This document shows, in pieces, positions 9,039 through 17,579 of a DNA stretch of 55,902 nt. The translations under genes and the position numbers were made by a program. The notes beneath the pieces were generated by a model that saw only the letters and a list, made by a program, of their open reading frames with translations, was not told the DNA's origin and searched no databases. Source of the stretch: Promethearchaeota archaeon (GTDB lineage: Archaea; Asgardarchaeota; Lokiarchaeia; Sigyniarchaeales; SOKP01); the NCBI GenBank assembly GCA_048938025.1, contig JBHLMP010000016.1, forward strand, positions 3,428 through 59,329. The letters run 5' to 3'. The number at the start of each line of letters is the position of its first letter. The first letter of the stretch is position 1.

Positions 9039-12017
9039 TTATTTCTCTTTTGACTGTTCCATTAGTGATTTAATTTCTGAAAGGTATTTATCAACATCAT
9101 ATTCGTAACATTTTGTATCTGTAGGATACAATTTCTCTGCCATTTTTTTCGCTTTTTCATAAATTTCAAGTGCTTTATCATAATTTCCGAGTTCTTGATA
9201 ACATTTTCCCATTTTTATATATGACCAATATGCAAACCATCCTGTTGGTTGAACTTCTATAGCCTTTTTATATTTCTTTATCGCATCTTCGTATTCTTTA
9301 AAAGTCATCATAATTTCACCATAAGTATCATAAGAATTTCCTAATTTTGGGTTAAGACTTAAAAGATATTCAGCAGTTTCTATCGCTTCCTCTTTTCTAT
9401 TTAGATAAGCTAAAGTAATAGCTTTATTATTTACAAAACCAATATCATCAGGGTAAAGTTCAGTTAATTCTTCTGAAATCCTATAAGCCTCTTGGTATTG
9501 TTTTTCTTCGAAATAAATATATGTTTTTACTAATAGTAATCTCTTCTTTAATAGTGGATCCTTATCTATGCATTCATCAATTGCTTCTAATGCTTCGAAT
9601 AGTTTTTTAGCACCTATCAGAAACATCACCTTTATAAGGTAATAGTTATATTGATTAGGGATTATGTTAATAGCACGATCGATAGCTTCGATAGCATCAT
9701 CATATTGCCCAATTCCCTGTAAAACATATGCTTGTAATAAACGAAATTTTGTTTTATTATAATTTATTTCTTCAAGTGCAATTGCACGTTCAATTAACCC
9801 AATAAAAGTATCAACATTTGGCTCATGTAGCTTAAATTTATAAATCAAATTATAACCTAATACTAATGCTTTGGTGAGATATGAGATTGGATGATTCGGA
9901 TATTGATCCATAATATTTTTTACAATTCCTAAAGCTTTTTCAAACTTTCCGCGAGCAATGTAGGAATATGTCAAAACGAATAAACCAGCGGTGTCAATTC
10001 TAGGATTCTTTTTGATGTAATTAAAAATAATTTCATCTGTTAGAACTCTTTTTGCTTCTTTGTAATTATGAATGATACAATAGTAAATACTTTTTAAAAT
10101 TATAAGTTCCTTATCTTTTGGTTTCAGTTTTATAGCAGAATTGATAATTTCTAGGGGATCTTCAGAAGTTCTTTCAAGAATCATACAATCTTTTAGATAA
10201 ACTATAAATTTTATCTGTAATAATGGAATACTGTTAGGATAATTAGAAATTATCTCATCGATAATCTTTAAAGCTTTCTCAGCCACATTTGTCTTAATTA
10301 ATAATTGAGCTTTTTGAACCTCTAGTAGAAAACATGGAGCTTTTTCTAAACCTTCTTCAATAATATCAAGGGCTTCTTCATACTTACCAATAAGAAAGTA
10401 AGTTATTGATTGCAACAAATATCCGATATACTTTTCAGGAAATTTTTTAATAATTTCTGTTGTTGTTTTAATTGAATCATCAAAATTATTATTAGTAGTG
10501 AGTACTAAATCTTTTAAAATAAGAGCCTCAATTTTATTAAAGTTGATATTACTACTCTCTAATGTCTTTTTAGCATCTATAATTTTCCCTTTATATAAGG
10601 AATTTTCAATTTTATCGAAAATATCTAATTTATTAAGATTAAAACCTTCCTTAAACTCACTTGTATTAATTAATTTCAATTTAGTGATATAGAAGATATC
10701 TAATACATCAAATATCTTGTCATCCAAAGTATAATAAGTTTGTATATCTTCACCATCTCCCACTTGTCTACTAACAGGTTCAAATGTTTGAAACTCTTCA
10801 AAAATATTCTGCCATACAAAACCCTCCAATTTTGCTTCACTGTCAACTAAGCTTTTCTCAGTTCCGATTTTATAAGCTAAATATTTAATATACTCCGGTA
10901 AAAACGCCTTTAATGCCGGTTTTAAATTATTATTGAATAAATTATCACAAACATCACTCAGGATATTCTCTAACAACAATTCTAAATCTATTACATGATC
11001 AGTTTGTAGAGCACTTTCTTTGAACTTATTAAGATAAGTGATTTTTGTGATATATTTCTCAATGGTTGCATTCAAAATTTTCTCAGTTGCCTCATTTTTC
11101 TGGAAGTAATACAACCCTCCCTGCTCATCCTTTAACGTGAAAAATTTTATTTGAAATAATTGATTATCTACAATTTCTTGGATATAATAGTTTAGTGTCG
11201 TAAGATCAATACCGTATTTTAAAGAAAACTCATCAGGTGATAAGTAATCAGGATACTGATTTGGATGATTTATCGAGAGAAATAATAGAATTTTGTTAAA
11301 ATCCTCTTCACTTTTTAACATATTTTCGACTTTTGAGTAATTAAGCTTTAGAACATGATTAAGAAACCGATATTTTAATTCATCATCCTCAATCTTATAT
11401 TTATCAAAAAATTTACTTGTCTTTTCTGTAATCTCTTCGATTCTCTTACTTTCTTCTTCTAAAATCGATTGACGATCCAAATCATATAATTTCAAAATCC
11501 TAAGATATTCCACCTTTCCCAGAGGGCTAATAATATATTCTTTATTATCTCTTGATACAAAACCATTATCTATTAATGAATTCAAATTATTAGATAAAGA
11601 TGATTGATTAATTGAAAGTGGTTCGTGCTTAAAATCAGACCATTTACAAGAATAATTATTACTTAACATCCATAAAATCCAATGATCATAATTTCTCCTC
11701 TTCATGATCACTTTTGGGGGATATTTCAATCTTCTTTTTCCTGACTTTTTATCGTAAGATAATTCGCTAATTCTTTCTCTTCCTGCAGATGTAATTTGAT
11801 ATTTACCTTTTTCTGGTTTTTCAATGTAACCTTTATTCTTTAGTTTCTTTAAATGCCCCGATAAAGTTGATTCTCTTATTTCTGCTGTAAAATCTGACCA
11901 TTCACATAGATCATTGTTATTTAACATCCATAAAATGACATATTCGTAATCTCTTTTTCCCATTATTGGATTTAAAATTTCACTAGGTGGATATATTATT
12001 TCTTCTGATCTACTCAT
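9039..12017 (-). CDS. tandem winged-helix + TPR repeat protein (putative regulator)
   Basis: Two repeated units Y(P)P..DY..ILWML.NN..C.WSDF..STLS..L..L...G(Y/F), a third wHTH-like segment, then about 500 aa of TPRs. ATG at 12017 (TTG alternative at 12029). Confidence 0.8.
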   Translation of the reverse strand: MSRSEEIIYPPSEILNPIMGKRDYEYVILWMLNNNDLCEWSDFTAEIRESTLSGHLKKLKNKGYIEKPEKGKYQITSAGRERISELSYDKKSGKRRLKYPPKVIMKRRNYDHWILWMLSNNYSCKWSDFKHEPLSINQSSLSNNLNSLIDNGFVSRDNKEYIISPLGKVEYLRILKLYDLDRQSILEEESKRIEEITEKTSKFFDKYKIEDDELKYRFLNHVLKLNYSKVENMLKSEEDFNKILLFLSINHPNQYPDYLSPDEFSLKYGIDLTTLNYYIQEIVDNQLFQIKFFTLKDEQGGLYYFQKNEATEKILNATIEKYITKITYLNKFKESALQTDHVIDLELLLENILSDVCDNLFNNNLKPALKAFLPEYIKYLAYKIGTEKSLVDSEAKLEGFVWQNIFEEFQTFEPVSRQVGDGEDIQTYYTLDDKIFDVLDIFYITKLKLINTSEFKEGFNLNKLDIFDKIENSLYKGKIIDAKKTLESSNINFNKIEALILKDLVLTTNNNFDDSIKTTTEIIKKFPEKYIGYLLQSITYFLIGKYEEALDIIEEGLEKAPCFLLEVQKAQLLIKTNVAEKALKIIDEIISNYPNSIPLLQIKFIVYLKDCMILERTSEDPLEIINSAIKLKPKDKELIILKSIYYCIIHNYKEAKRVLTDEIIFNYIKKNPRIDTAGLFVLTYSYIARGKFEKALGIVKNIMDQYPNHPISYLTKALVLGYNLIYKFKLHEPNVDTFIGLIERAIALEEINYNKTKFRLLQAYVLQGIGQYDDAIEAIDRAINIIPNQYNYYLIKVMFLIGAKKLFEALEAIDECIDKDPLLKKRLLLVKTYIYFEEKQYQEAYRISEELTELYPDDIGFVNNKAITLAYLNRKEEAIETAEYLLSLNPKLGNSYDTYGEIMMTFKEYEDAIKKYKKAIEVQPTGWFAYWSYIKMGKCYQELGNYDKALEIYEKAKKMAEKLYPTDTKCYEYDVDKYLSEIKSLMEQSKEK

Positions 12018-12060
12018 AAAAAAACACAATCTTTTACTATTATATATAGATAATTCGTTT

Positions 12061-12130
12061 AATTATATAAACTTTTCACTTCGGAGTAAAGTGTGAACTT
12101 CATTTGAAGTGCGAAGTGTGAATCTATATA
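12061..12130. promoter_or_regulatory. divergent promoter with BRE/TATA and repeated AAGTGYGAA sites
   Basis: Minus-strand AAAAGTTTATATAA (BRE-TATA-like). AAGTGTGAA at 12089 and 12114, AAGTGCGAA at 12107, TCTATATA at 12123. Confidence 0.55.
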
Positions 12131-12183
12131 TGGAAGTCAGACTTACTAAAAATTAAGAAAAAAAAAAAAAAGGTTAAAAAAAA

Positions 12184-12399
12184 ATGGTTCAAATATTAGA
12201 AAAGCAGGAATTAGAGAAGCTAATTATAATAATTCCTGCGAAAGAGGAAAAAGTTGAGAAGAAAGCAGAGGTTAAGCAAGTAAAGAAGAAAGGACTACTT
12301 ATGAGACATGCTAAGCAGCATGAGGAGCTAATTAATATCCAGAAACTCAAGAATAAGGCTTATGGAAACATATTTGGGATGAAAAGCTTAATTTATTAA
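12184..12399 (+). CDS. small Lys/Glu-rich protein divergent from the wHTH-TPR gene
   Basis: 71-aa ORF with AGGT SD-like motif and A-rich leader, followed by a T-tract. Confidence 0.6.
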   Translation: MVQILEKQELEKLIIIIPAKEEKVEKKAEVKQVKKKGLLMRHAKQHEELINIQKLKNKAYGNIFGMKSLIY

Positions 12400-12458
12400 A
12401 TTAAATTTTTTTTAATTAATATTGCTTAAAAACAAAAATTAAAGAAGAGGTAACGAGA

Positions 12459-12593
12459 TTGAGCAAACCGAAGTTAAGATGTATGAAGTGTGGTAAAGAA
12501 ATCAAGTTAGATTTTTCAAGTGCGGTTGCAATTTGTAGAAAATGTCGGAGAAATTCCCCTAAGGTTCACATATATCGCGAGGGAATTGTATAA
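12459..12593 (+). CDS. zinc-finger microprotein (44 aa), not in ORF track
   Basis: SD GAGGT, TTG start. MSKPKLRCMKCGKEIKLDFSSAVAICRKCRRNSPKVHIYREGIV. Paralogue at 14501. Confidence 0.75.
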   Translation: MSKPKLRCMKCGKEIKLDFSSAVAICRKCRRNSPKVHIYREGIV

Positions 12594-12624
12594 AGACTAA
12601 AAACTAAAAATTAAGAATTTTTTT

Positions 12625-12643
12625 ACACTTATTTTTCCATTTC
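12625..12643 (+). repeat. 19-bp dispersed repeat, copy 1
   Basis: ACACTTATTTTTCCATTTC, identical to 14355-14373. Confidence 0.75.
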
Positions 12644-12660
12644 CATATTAATTCACAGAG

Positions 12661-12690
12661 AAAGGAGCTTTTATTGAATGCTCCTTTTTT
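12661..12690 (+). terminator. hairpin + T-tract
   Basis: AAAGGAGC (12661-12668) pairs with GCTCCTTT (12680-12687), followed by Ts. Confidence 0.55.
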
Positions 12691-12802
12691 ATGGATTATT
12701 TATATTGGATCTATATTTACCATTTTTTAAAGTCGATAAATCACTTCGCACTTTCTCTCTCGATAAATTTAAAAACCGAGAGTATTATTAATACTTAGGA
12801 AG

Positions 12803-13696
12803 ATGGAAAATCAGCACCTAAAAGAGTTTGTAATATATAAAGGACAGAAAATTTTTGTAGAAGAGACTGGAGGAAAATTTTATTTAGATCTAAGATGTCG
12901 AAATATAGAAGATATTACTGAAATAGAAGGTCTAGCAGAACTAGAATATCTCGAAATTGTTTATTTAGACGGTAATAACATCACTGAAATAAAAGGGCTT
13001 AGTTCCCTTGTAAATTTGAAAGAATTAAATCTTGAAGGTAATCAAATTTCTGAAGTAAAGGGGCTTGATAAACTTCAAAATTTAAGAAGGTTAATGTTTG
13101 GGGGTAACCAAATCTCAGTAATCAAGGGTCTTGAAAAGTTAAAAAATTTGGAATATTTATTCTTTGCTATACCGACTGAGTCATTTGGTAATCAAATTAT
13201 TGATATTAAAGGATTAGATTACTTAAAGAATTTAAAGTTCTTAAATATAAGTAACAATAAGATCTCAGAAATCAAGGGTTTTGGCAATCTTACCAATCTA
13301 GAAACATTATACCTCCATTGTAATGAAATTTTTAAGATTCAAAATCTTGATAACCTCAAAAATTTAAAATATTTGTATCTTAGCAATAATAACATTGAAA
13401 AAATAGAAAACTTGCATGGATTAACTAATTTAAGAGTTTTAGATCTATCAAATAATAAAATTTCTGAGATCTCTGGACTTGAAAATCTCTCTAATCTTAG
13501 AAGTTTAGTCCTTGACAGCAACCAAATCAAAAATATAAAGGGGCTTCAAAATTTGCCAAATTTAGAGTATTTGTTTTTAAGATATAATCAGATTTCCAAA
13601 TTAGGAAAAATTGAGATACTAAAAAAATTAAATAGTGTCAGATTAGATGGCAATCCTATACTTGGAGAAGAATTGGTTAAATTAGGAGGGAAATGA
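12803..13696 (+). CDS. leucine-rich repeat protein (SDS22/internalin-like)
   Basis: About 11 copies of the 22-aa LxxLxLxxNxIxxIxGL repeat. Confidence 0.92.
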   Translation: MENQHLKEFVIYKGQKIFVEETGGKFYLDLRCRNIEDITEIEGLAELEYLEIVYLDGNNITEIKGLSSLVNLKELNLEGNQISEVKGLDKLQNLRRLMFGGNQISVIKGLEKLKNLEYLFFAIPTESFGNQIIDIKGLDYLKNLKFLNISNNKISEIKGFGNLTNLETLYLHCNEIFKIQNLDNLKNLKYLYLSNNNIEKIENLHGLTNLRVLDLSNNKISEISGLENLSNLRSLVLDSNQIKNIKGLQNLPNLEYLFLRYNQISKLGKIEILKKLNSVRLDGNPILGEELVKLGGK

Positions 13697-13705
13697 GACA
13701 GAAAA

Positions 13706-13740
13706 ATTAACAATATAAAAAATATTAACAATATAAAAAA
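13706..13740. repeat. short tandem duplication
   Basis: ATTAACAATATAAAAAA at 13706 and 13724. Confidence 0.5.
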
Positions 13741-13914
13741 ATAAAAAAAATAGAGATTTCTTCATTATCAAAAACCAAATGTCTTAAATTTTAAAACCAA
13801 GCTTAATGGTGCTTCCAGCTCTTTTAATAGTTCATCTAGGGATTTTCCTTTCATTTGAGAAGTAGCAACCCGCGTTAAGATAATAATCGGTCTAATGAGT
13901 TGATTTTAAGAAAG

Positions 13915-14214
13915 CTACAAAAAGCTTAATAAGACAAATATCATTATTGCCACGATACTGCCAAAGCTTACAATTATTATCCAGAAAGGAAATTGCCTTT
14001 GAGATTCTTCTGATTCGATCGATTTAATGCGTATATCTTTATAAAAGACACCTGATCCATGTGTCTTCTTTAAAGTTACACTTTTAGGTTGTAACATAGA
14101 AGTACACATATGTTCTTCAGGTATTCTGTGTTCTTCGCAATATATTAAATTGCAGAACTTACATTTAAAGGGTATAGTCTCAATAATTCGACCACAGTAT
14201 TCACACTTTGTCAT
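13915..14214 (-). CDS. AN1-type zinc finger protein with C-terminal TM helix
   Basis: CEYC..PFKCKFC...YCEEHRIPEEHMC; hydrophobic C-terminal 24 aa. Confidence 0.85.
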   Translation of the reverse strand: MTKCEYCGRIIETIPFKCKFCNLIYCEEHRIPEEHMCTSMLQPKSVTLKKTHGSGVFYKDIRIKSIESEESQRQFPFWIIIVSFGSIVAIMIFVLLSFL

Positions 14215-14354
14215 ATGATTTCAAATATAATTTTAATAATATAATTTTTAAAGATTACTTTTTTAGTATTTTTTTATATAACTAATAAAGATAAGGAATT
14301 TGGTTGAAGTGAATAACGCGAGATTTATAATTCATTAAATTATTTTATATTCAC

Positions 14355-14430
14355 ACACTTATTTTTCCATTTCGGTATTTGTCGACTTATCAAGTATAAG
14401 GGGGAAGATTTTAATACTCACCCCTTTTTT
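14355..14430 (+). repeat. 19-bp dispersed repeat, copy 2, followed by hairpin + T-tract
   Basis: ACACTTATTTTTCCATTTC at 14355-14373; AAGGGG (14398) pairs with CCCCTT (14421), followed by Ts. Confidence 0.65.
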
Positions 14431-14500
14431 AATAATGATAAGACCTTTTGACGGATTTGAAGAGGATAAATTAAACAAAAAATAGAGAGAAATAAGAAAA

Positions 14501-14644
14501 ATGAATAAACAAAAGATAAAATGTTTGAGATGTGGTAAGGAATTCAAGTTAGATTTTATTGATTGTATAGCGCTATGTAAGAAGTGTCGTTTGAGGGGTA
14601 CAAGGGAGCGGTATATTAAAAGGTCAGAATTATTTGAAAATTAA
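14501..14644 (+). CDS. zinc-finger microprotein (47 aa), not in ORF track
   Basis: MNKQKIKCLRCGKEFKLDFIDCIALCKKCRLRGTRERYIKRSELFEN. Same CxxC-x14-CxxC spacing and CGKExKLDF core as 12459. Confidence 0.75.
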   Translation: MNKQKIKCLRCGKEFKLDFIDCIALCKKCRLRGTRERYIKRSELFEN

Positions 14645-15003
14645 TTAATAATAACAATTCTTTAGTTAATAACATTTTATTCTCATCTATCTATATTTTT
14701 AATTTTAGATTTTATTAAAGATTTCAACAAGAATGTAAGATTATACCAACATAATTAAATTTTATAGAGATAAGAATACTCTTATATTAATTCATCTTTT
14801 CTCGATTTGATTACTTTTTAGGACATTAATTCACCCATTATATAGATACAAATTATCAATAAGAAGAGGTACCGAAAATTAAGTTATTTAAAACATTTTT
14901 GCATATAAATTGCTAAAATATAATTTTGTTATCATAGAACAAATTCCAGAAAACTACAAAATCTTAATAATATTGAGTCTATCTTTAAAATAAAAAAAAA
15001 TTT

Positions 15004-16398
15004 TTGGCATTTATGGTATATTTTCAAGTTAGTCATCTAGGATTTAATTGTGGGAAAGAAAAAGATACTTGTTCTTTTTATCCAGATCGTTGTAAAGAAT
15101 GCGTTACAAAGTATTTTGCCCAAATGGGGTTTGATGTCAATCAAAATATAAAAGTATCCATGATAGAATCCGAAGAAAAACGAATCCAGATGCAACAGAC
15201 CATAATTTGGCATAAATTTTTGGATGTTTTAAATATCAAGCATATAATATTAATAACTAAAGATACCGGGCTTCTTCTACTGAATTATCCTATTTCAAGA
15301 GGAGGAACCAATGTTGAACTCTTAATTGGCTTCATACAAGCAAATCTCATGTTTTCAGCATCAGGAAAAGATTTCGATAATAAAGTGGGCATCATAAAAG
15401 AAAGTGGGCATAAATTTTATGAATTACAATATGAAACATTTAATATATTGGTAAAAAATGGCAATTTCCTTAGAGTTTGCTTATTATTGGATCAAAAAGC
15501 TTCAGAAAGTCTAAAACATCGTATTTCAGAATTTTTAAACGAATATGAGCGTCTCTATTCCAAAAAAATCGAACGACTATTAAAGACCGGTATACTTGAT
15601 TTTGACGATACTATCAATTTCATTATAGAAGCATTTGATATTAAACTTGTATTTCCGATGGTCCTCACTCACGCCTTATTACCAAACGATTTGGAAGTGA
15701 TTAATAAAAATCTCATCCAAAAAGCAGTAATTGATTTTGCAAATGAGTTTCTAGCATCAAAAAAATTCTTTTTTATTAATGCTCTACTTAACAAAGTACA
15801 GAAAATAGTCAATTTATCTCCACATGTTATTCTTTATGAAATTTATCAACTTTTAGAGAAAAATATAATCATTCCTTCGAATATTGAGGCAGTAGAAGAT
15901 GAGGTTAGAAAATTCCAAGAAAATCGCGCAATGAGAATAGCTGATAATGAATTAATATCCCCCATAATTGCTAATGATGATGCTGTGAATGAGTTAAAAG
16001 AAAAAGCTCGAAATATGAATATTGAGGAAGCTAAAAAATTAATTGAATATTATTTGAAAAAGGGAGAAACTGCCGAAAAAGCGTTAGTCTACAAAGAGGC
16101 TCAAAGAGAATACGAAAAAGCTCTTTATTTAGCAACTGGTTTTAACTTTAAGTTAGCTATTGGACGAATCTCATTCATGGTTTTAGAACTGGATAAGAAA
16201 ATTAAGAACATTGAAATTGATTTTTGTCAAGAAGCCGGAGAAAAAGCAGAAAAGAGAAAAGATTATATTAATGCAATACAGTATTTTCAACAAGCAATTA
16301 CTCTTTTAAGCGATGCATCCATTTTTAAAGGAGATGAGAGCGAATCGAGAATTAAGAAATTAAAGAAAAAAGTGTCCAATCTTCAAAAACTGGTATAA
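15004..16398 (+). CDS. longin-like + winged-helix-like + TPR/helical domain protein
   Basis: IKHIILITKDTGLLL...ELLIGFIQA...FYELQYETFNILV...LRVCLLL longin pattern, ILYEIYQLLEKNIIIP wHTH-like end, C-terminal TPR-like helices. Confidence 0.6.
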   Translation: MAFMVYFQVSHLGFNCGKEKDTCSFYPDRCKECVTKYFAQMGFDVNQNIKVSMIESEEKRIQMQQTIIWHKFLDVLNIKHIILITKDTGLLLLNYPISRGGTNVELLIGFIQANLMFSASGKDFDNKVGIIKESGHKFYELQYETFNILVKNGNFLRVCLLLDQKASESLKHRISEFLNEYERLYSKKIERLLKTGILDFDDTINFIIEAFDIKLVFPMVLTHALLPNDLEVINKNLIQKAVIDFANEFLASKKFFFINALLNKVQKIVNLSPHVILYEIYQLLEKNIIIPSNIEAVEDEVRKFQENRAMRIADNELISPIIANDDAVNELKEKARNMNIEEAKKLIEYYLKKGETAEKALVYKEAQREYEKALYLATGFNFKLAIGRISFMVLELDKKIKNIEIDFCQEAGEKAEKRKDYINAIQYFQQAITLLSDASIFKGDESESRIKKLKKKVSNLQKLV

Positions 16399-16462
16399 AA
16401 TGGAAGAGATAGATATTAAAAATAAATGATTATCTTATGGGCTTATTATCTTAATTTCATCC

Positions 16463-16480
16463 AGTGTGAAATTTCACACT
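16463..16480. promoter_or_regulatory. perfect 18-bp palindrome (candidate TF operator)
   Basis: AGTGTGAAATTTCACACT, 95 bp upstream of the FrhB-like gene. Confidence 0.6.
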
Positions 16481-16574
16481 AAAGTAAACCAACTTTAAAA
16501 GACATGTTTAATTTAACTAACCAAATAATTTTAGTTTTATATTCGTATTTACTAATAAAAAGTGTCCTAAACAG

Positions 16575-17516
16575 ATGAAAGTAGAAAAATCTAGTCAAGA
16601 TCTCGAAAATGAAGTAATCTACTCCGGTCTTTGTATTCATTGTGGTAGTTGTAATGCTTTCTGCCCTCATATGGATTTCAACCAAGAGACTGGAGAGGCA
16701 TATGTGGTTGATGAATGTTCTGAAACAGTAGGTCTCTGTTATAACGCTTGTCCTAGAACTTTCCTACCAATTTCAGAAATTGAACAGGCATTATTTGGTC
16801 AAACCCGCGTTGATATAGGTGTTGGTGTTTATAAAGATATTATTCAAGTAAAATCCGGTAATAAAGATGAAATTTTATATAATCTGACTTTAGCTGCTTT
16901 TAAAGCAGGTGTTATTAAACATATGGTTTTAGGTGAGCCAAAAACTAAGAAACCACCTTTAGCTTTCCCTGTTGTAGTTGATAATGCTAAAGACGCTAAA
17001 AAATATATACCTAAAGGCTCTATGGATAATGCAGGTCCATTAATTACTGGTATTGGAAGAGCATATTTAGACAAAAAAAGAGATATTGGAATAATTGCGA
17101 ATCCGTGCCATTTACAAGGACTAGCTAAGATATTATCATCGGATTTCAACACAGGAGCAGAAAGAACATCATTACGCATCGCATATGCATGTTCTTCTGG
17201 GGGAATGAGCGGTTGTAAATATTGTACTGATTTTTCTGGTGAATTTTCTGATATTTCTTATTCGCCTTGGGGTGCTCCAAAAGGTTCAGGTGAAGCTTTC
17301 TTAATAATAAGAACGAACATTGGGCAAAAAGTTGTAGATTATGCAATAAAGAATAAATTAATTGAAGTGACAAATGCAAAACCAGATCTTAGCGAGATGA
17401 AAAGGTTCTTAAATAAAAAACGAAAGAAAAACTTCTTGAATCTTATAGGCAGAGAATTAATTACCGCAAAATATTTAAAATTAAATATAGATGAATTAAA
17501 AGATATAATGGAATAA
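16575..17516 (+). CDS. FrhB/FdhB-family (F420 hydrogenase/dehydrogenase beta subunit-like) protein
   Basis: GLCIHCGSCNAFCP, GLCYNACPRT, NPCH.QGL, GCKYCTDFSGEFSDISY and LIIRT.IG motifs. Confidence 0.8.
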   Translation: MKVEKSSQDLENEVIYSGLCIHCGSCNAFCPHMDFNQETGEAYVVDECSETVGLCYNACPRTFLPISEIEQALFGQTRVDIGVGVYKDIIQVKSGNKDEILYNLTLAAFKAGVIKHMVLGEPKTKKPPLAFPVVVDNAKDAKKYIPKGSMDNAGPLITGIGRAYLDKKRDIGIIANPCHLQGLAKILSSDFNTGAERTSLRIAYACSSGGMSGCKYCTDFSGEFSDISYSPWGAPKGSGEAFLIIRTNIGQKVVDYAIKNKLIEVTNAKPDLSEMKRFLNKKRKKNFLNLIGRELITAKYLKLNIDELKDIME

Positions 17517-17579
17517 ACTTAAAACCATCTTTTTAATTTCCTTTTTTTCTTTATTTTTAAATTATTAATACGAAAAAAT

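Noticed and set aside
12107-12753. 12-bp inverted repeats as ends of a MITE or transposon
   Set aside because: No target-site duplication or transposase seen; better explained as operator sites.
13770-13900. Coding-like minus-strand stretch (MKGKSLDELLKELEAPLSLVLKFKTFGF)
   Set aside because: Only 28 codons with no SD or recognisable motif; possibly a gene remnant.
14359-14547. 62-aa minus-strand ORF
   Set aside because: Antisense to the better-supported zinc-finger microprotein and spans the repeat/hairpin element.
681-17516. Selenocysteine recoding or SECIS for the Fe-S and FrhB-like genes
   Set aside because: No in-frame TGA at Cys positions in these ORFs.
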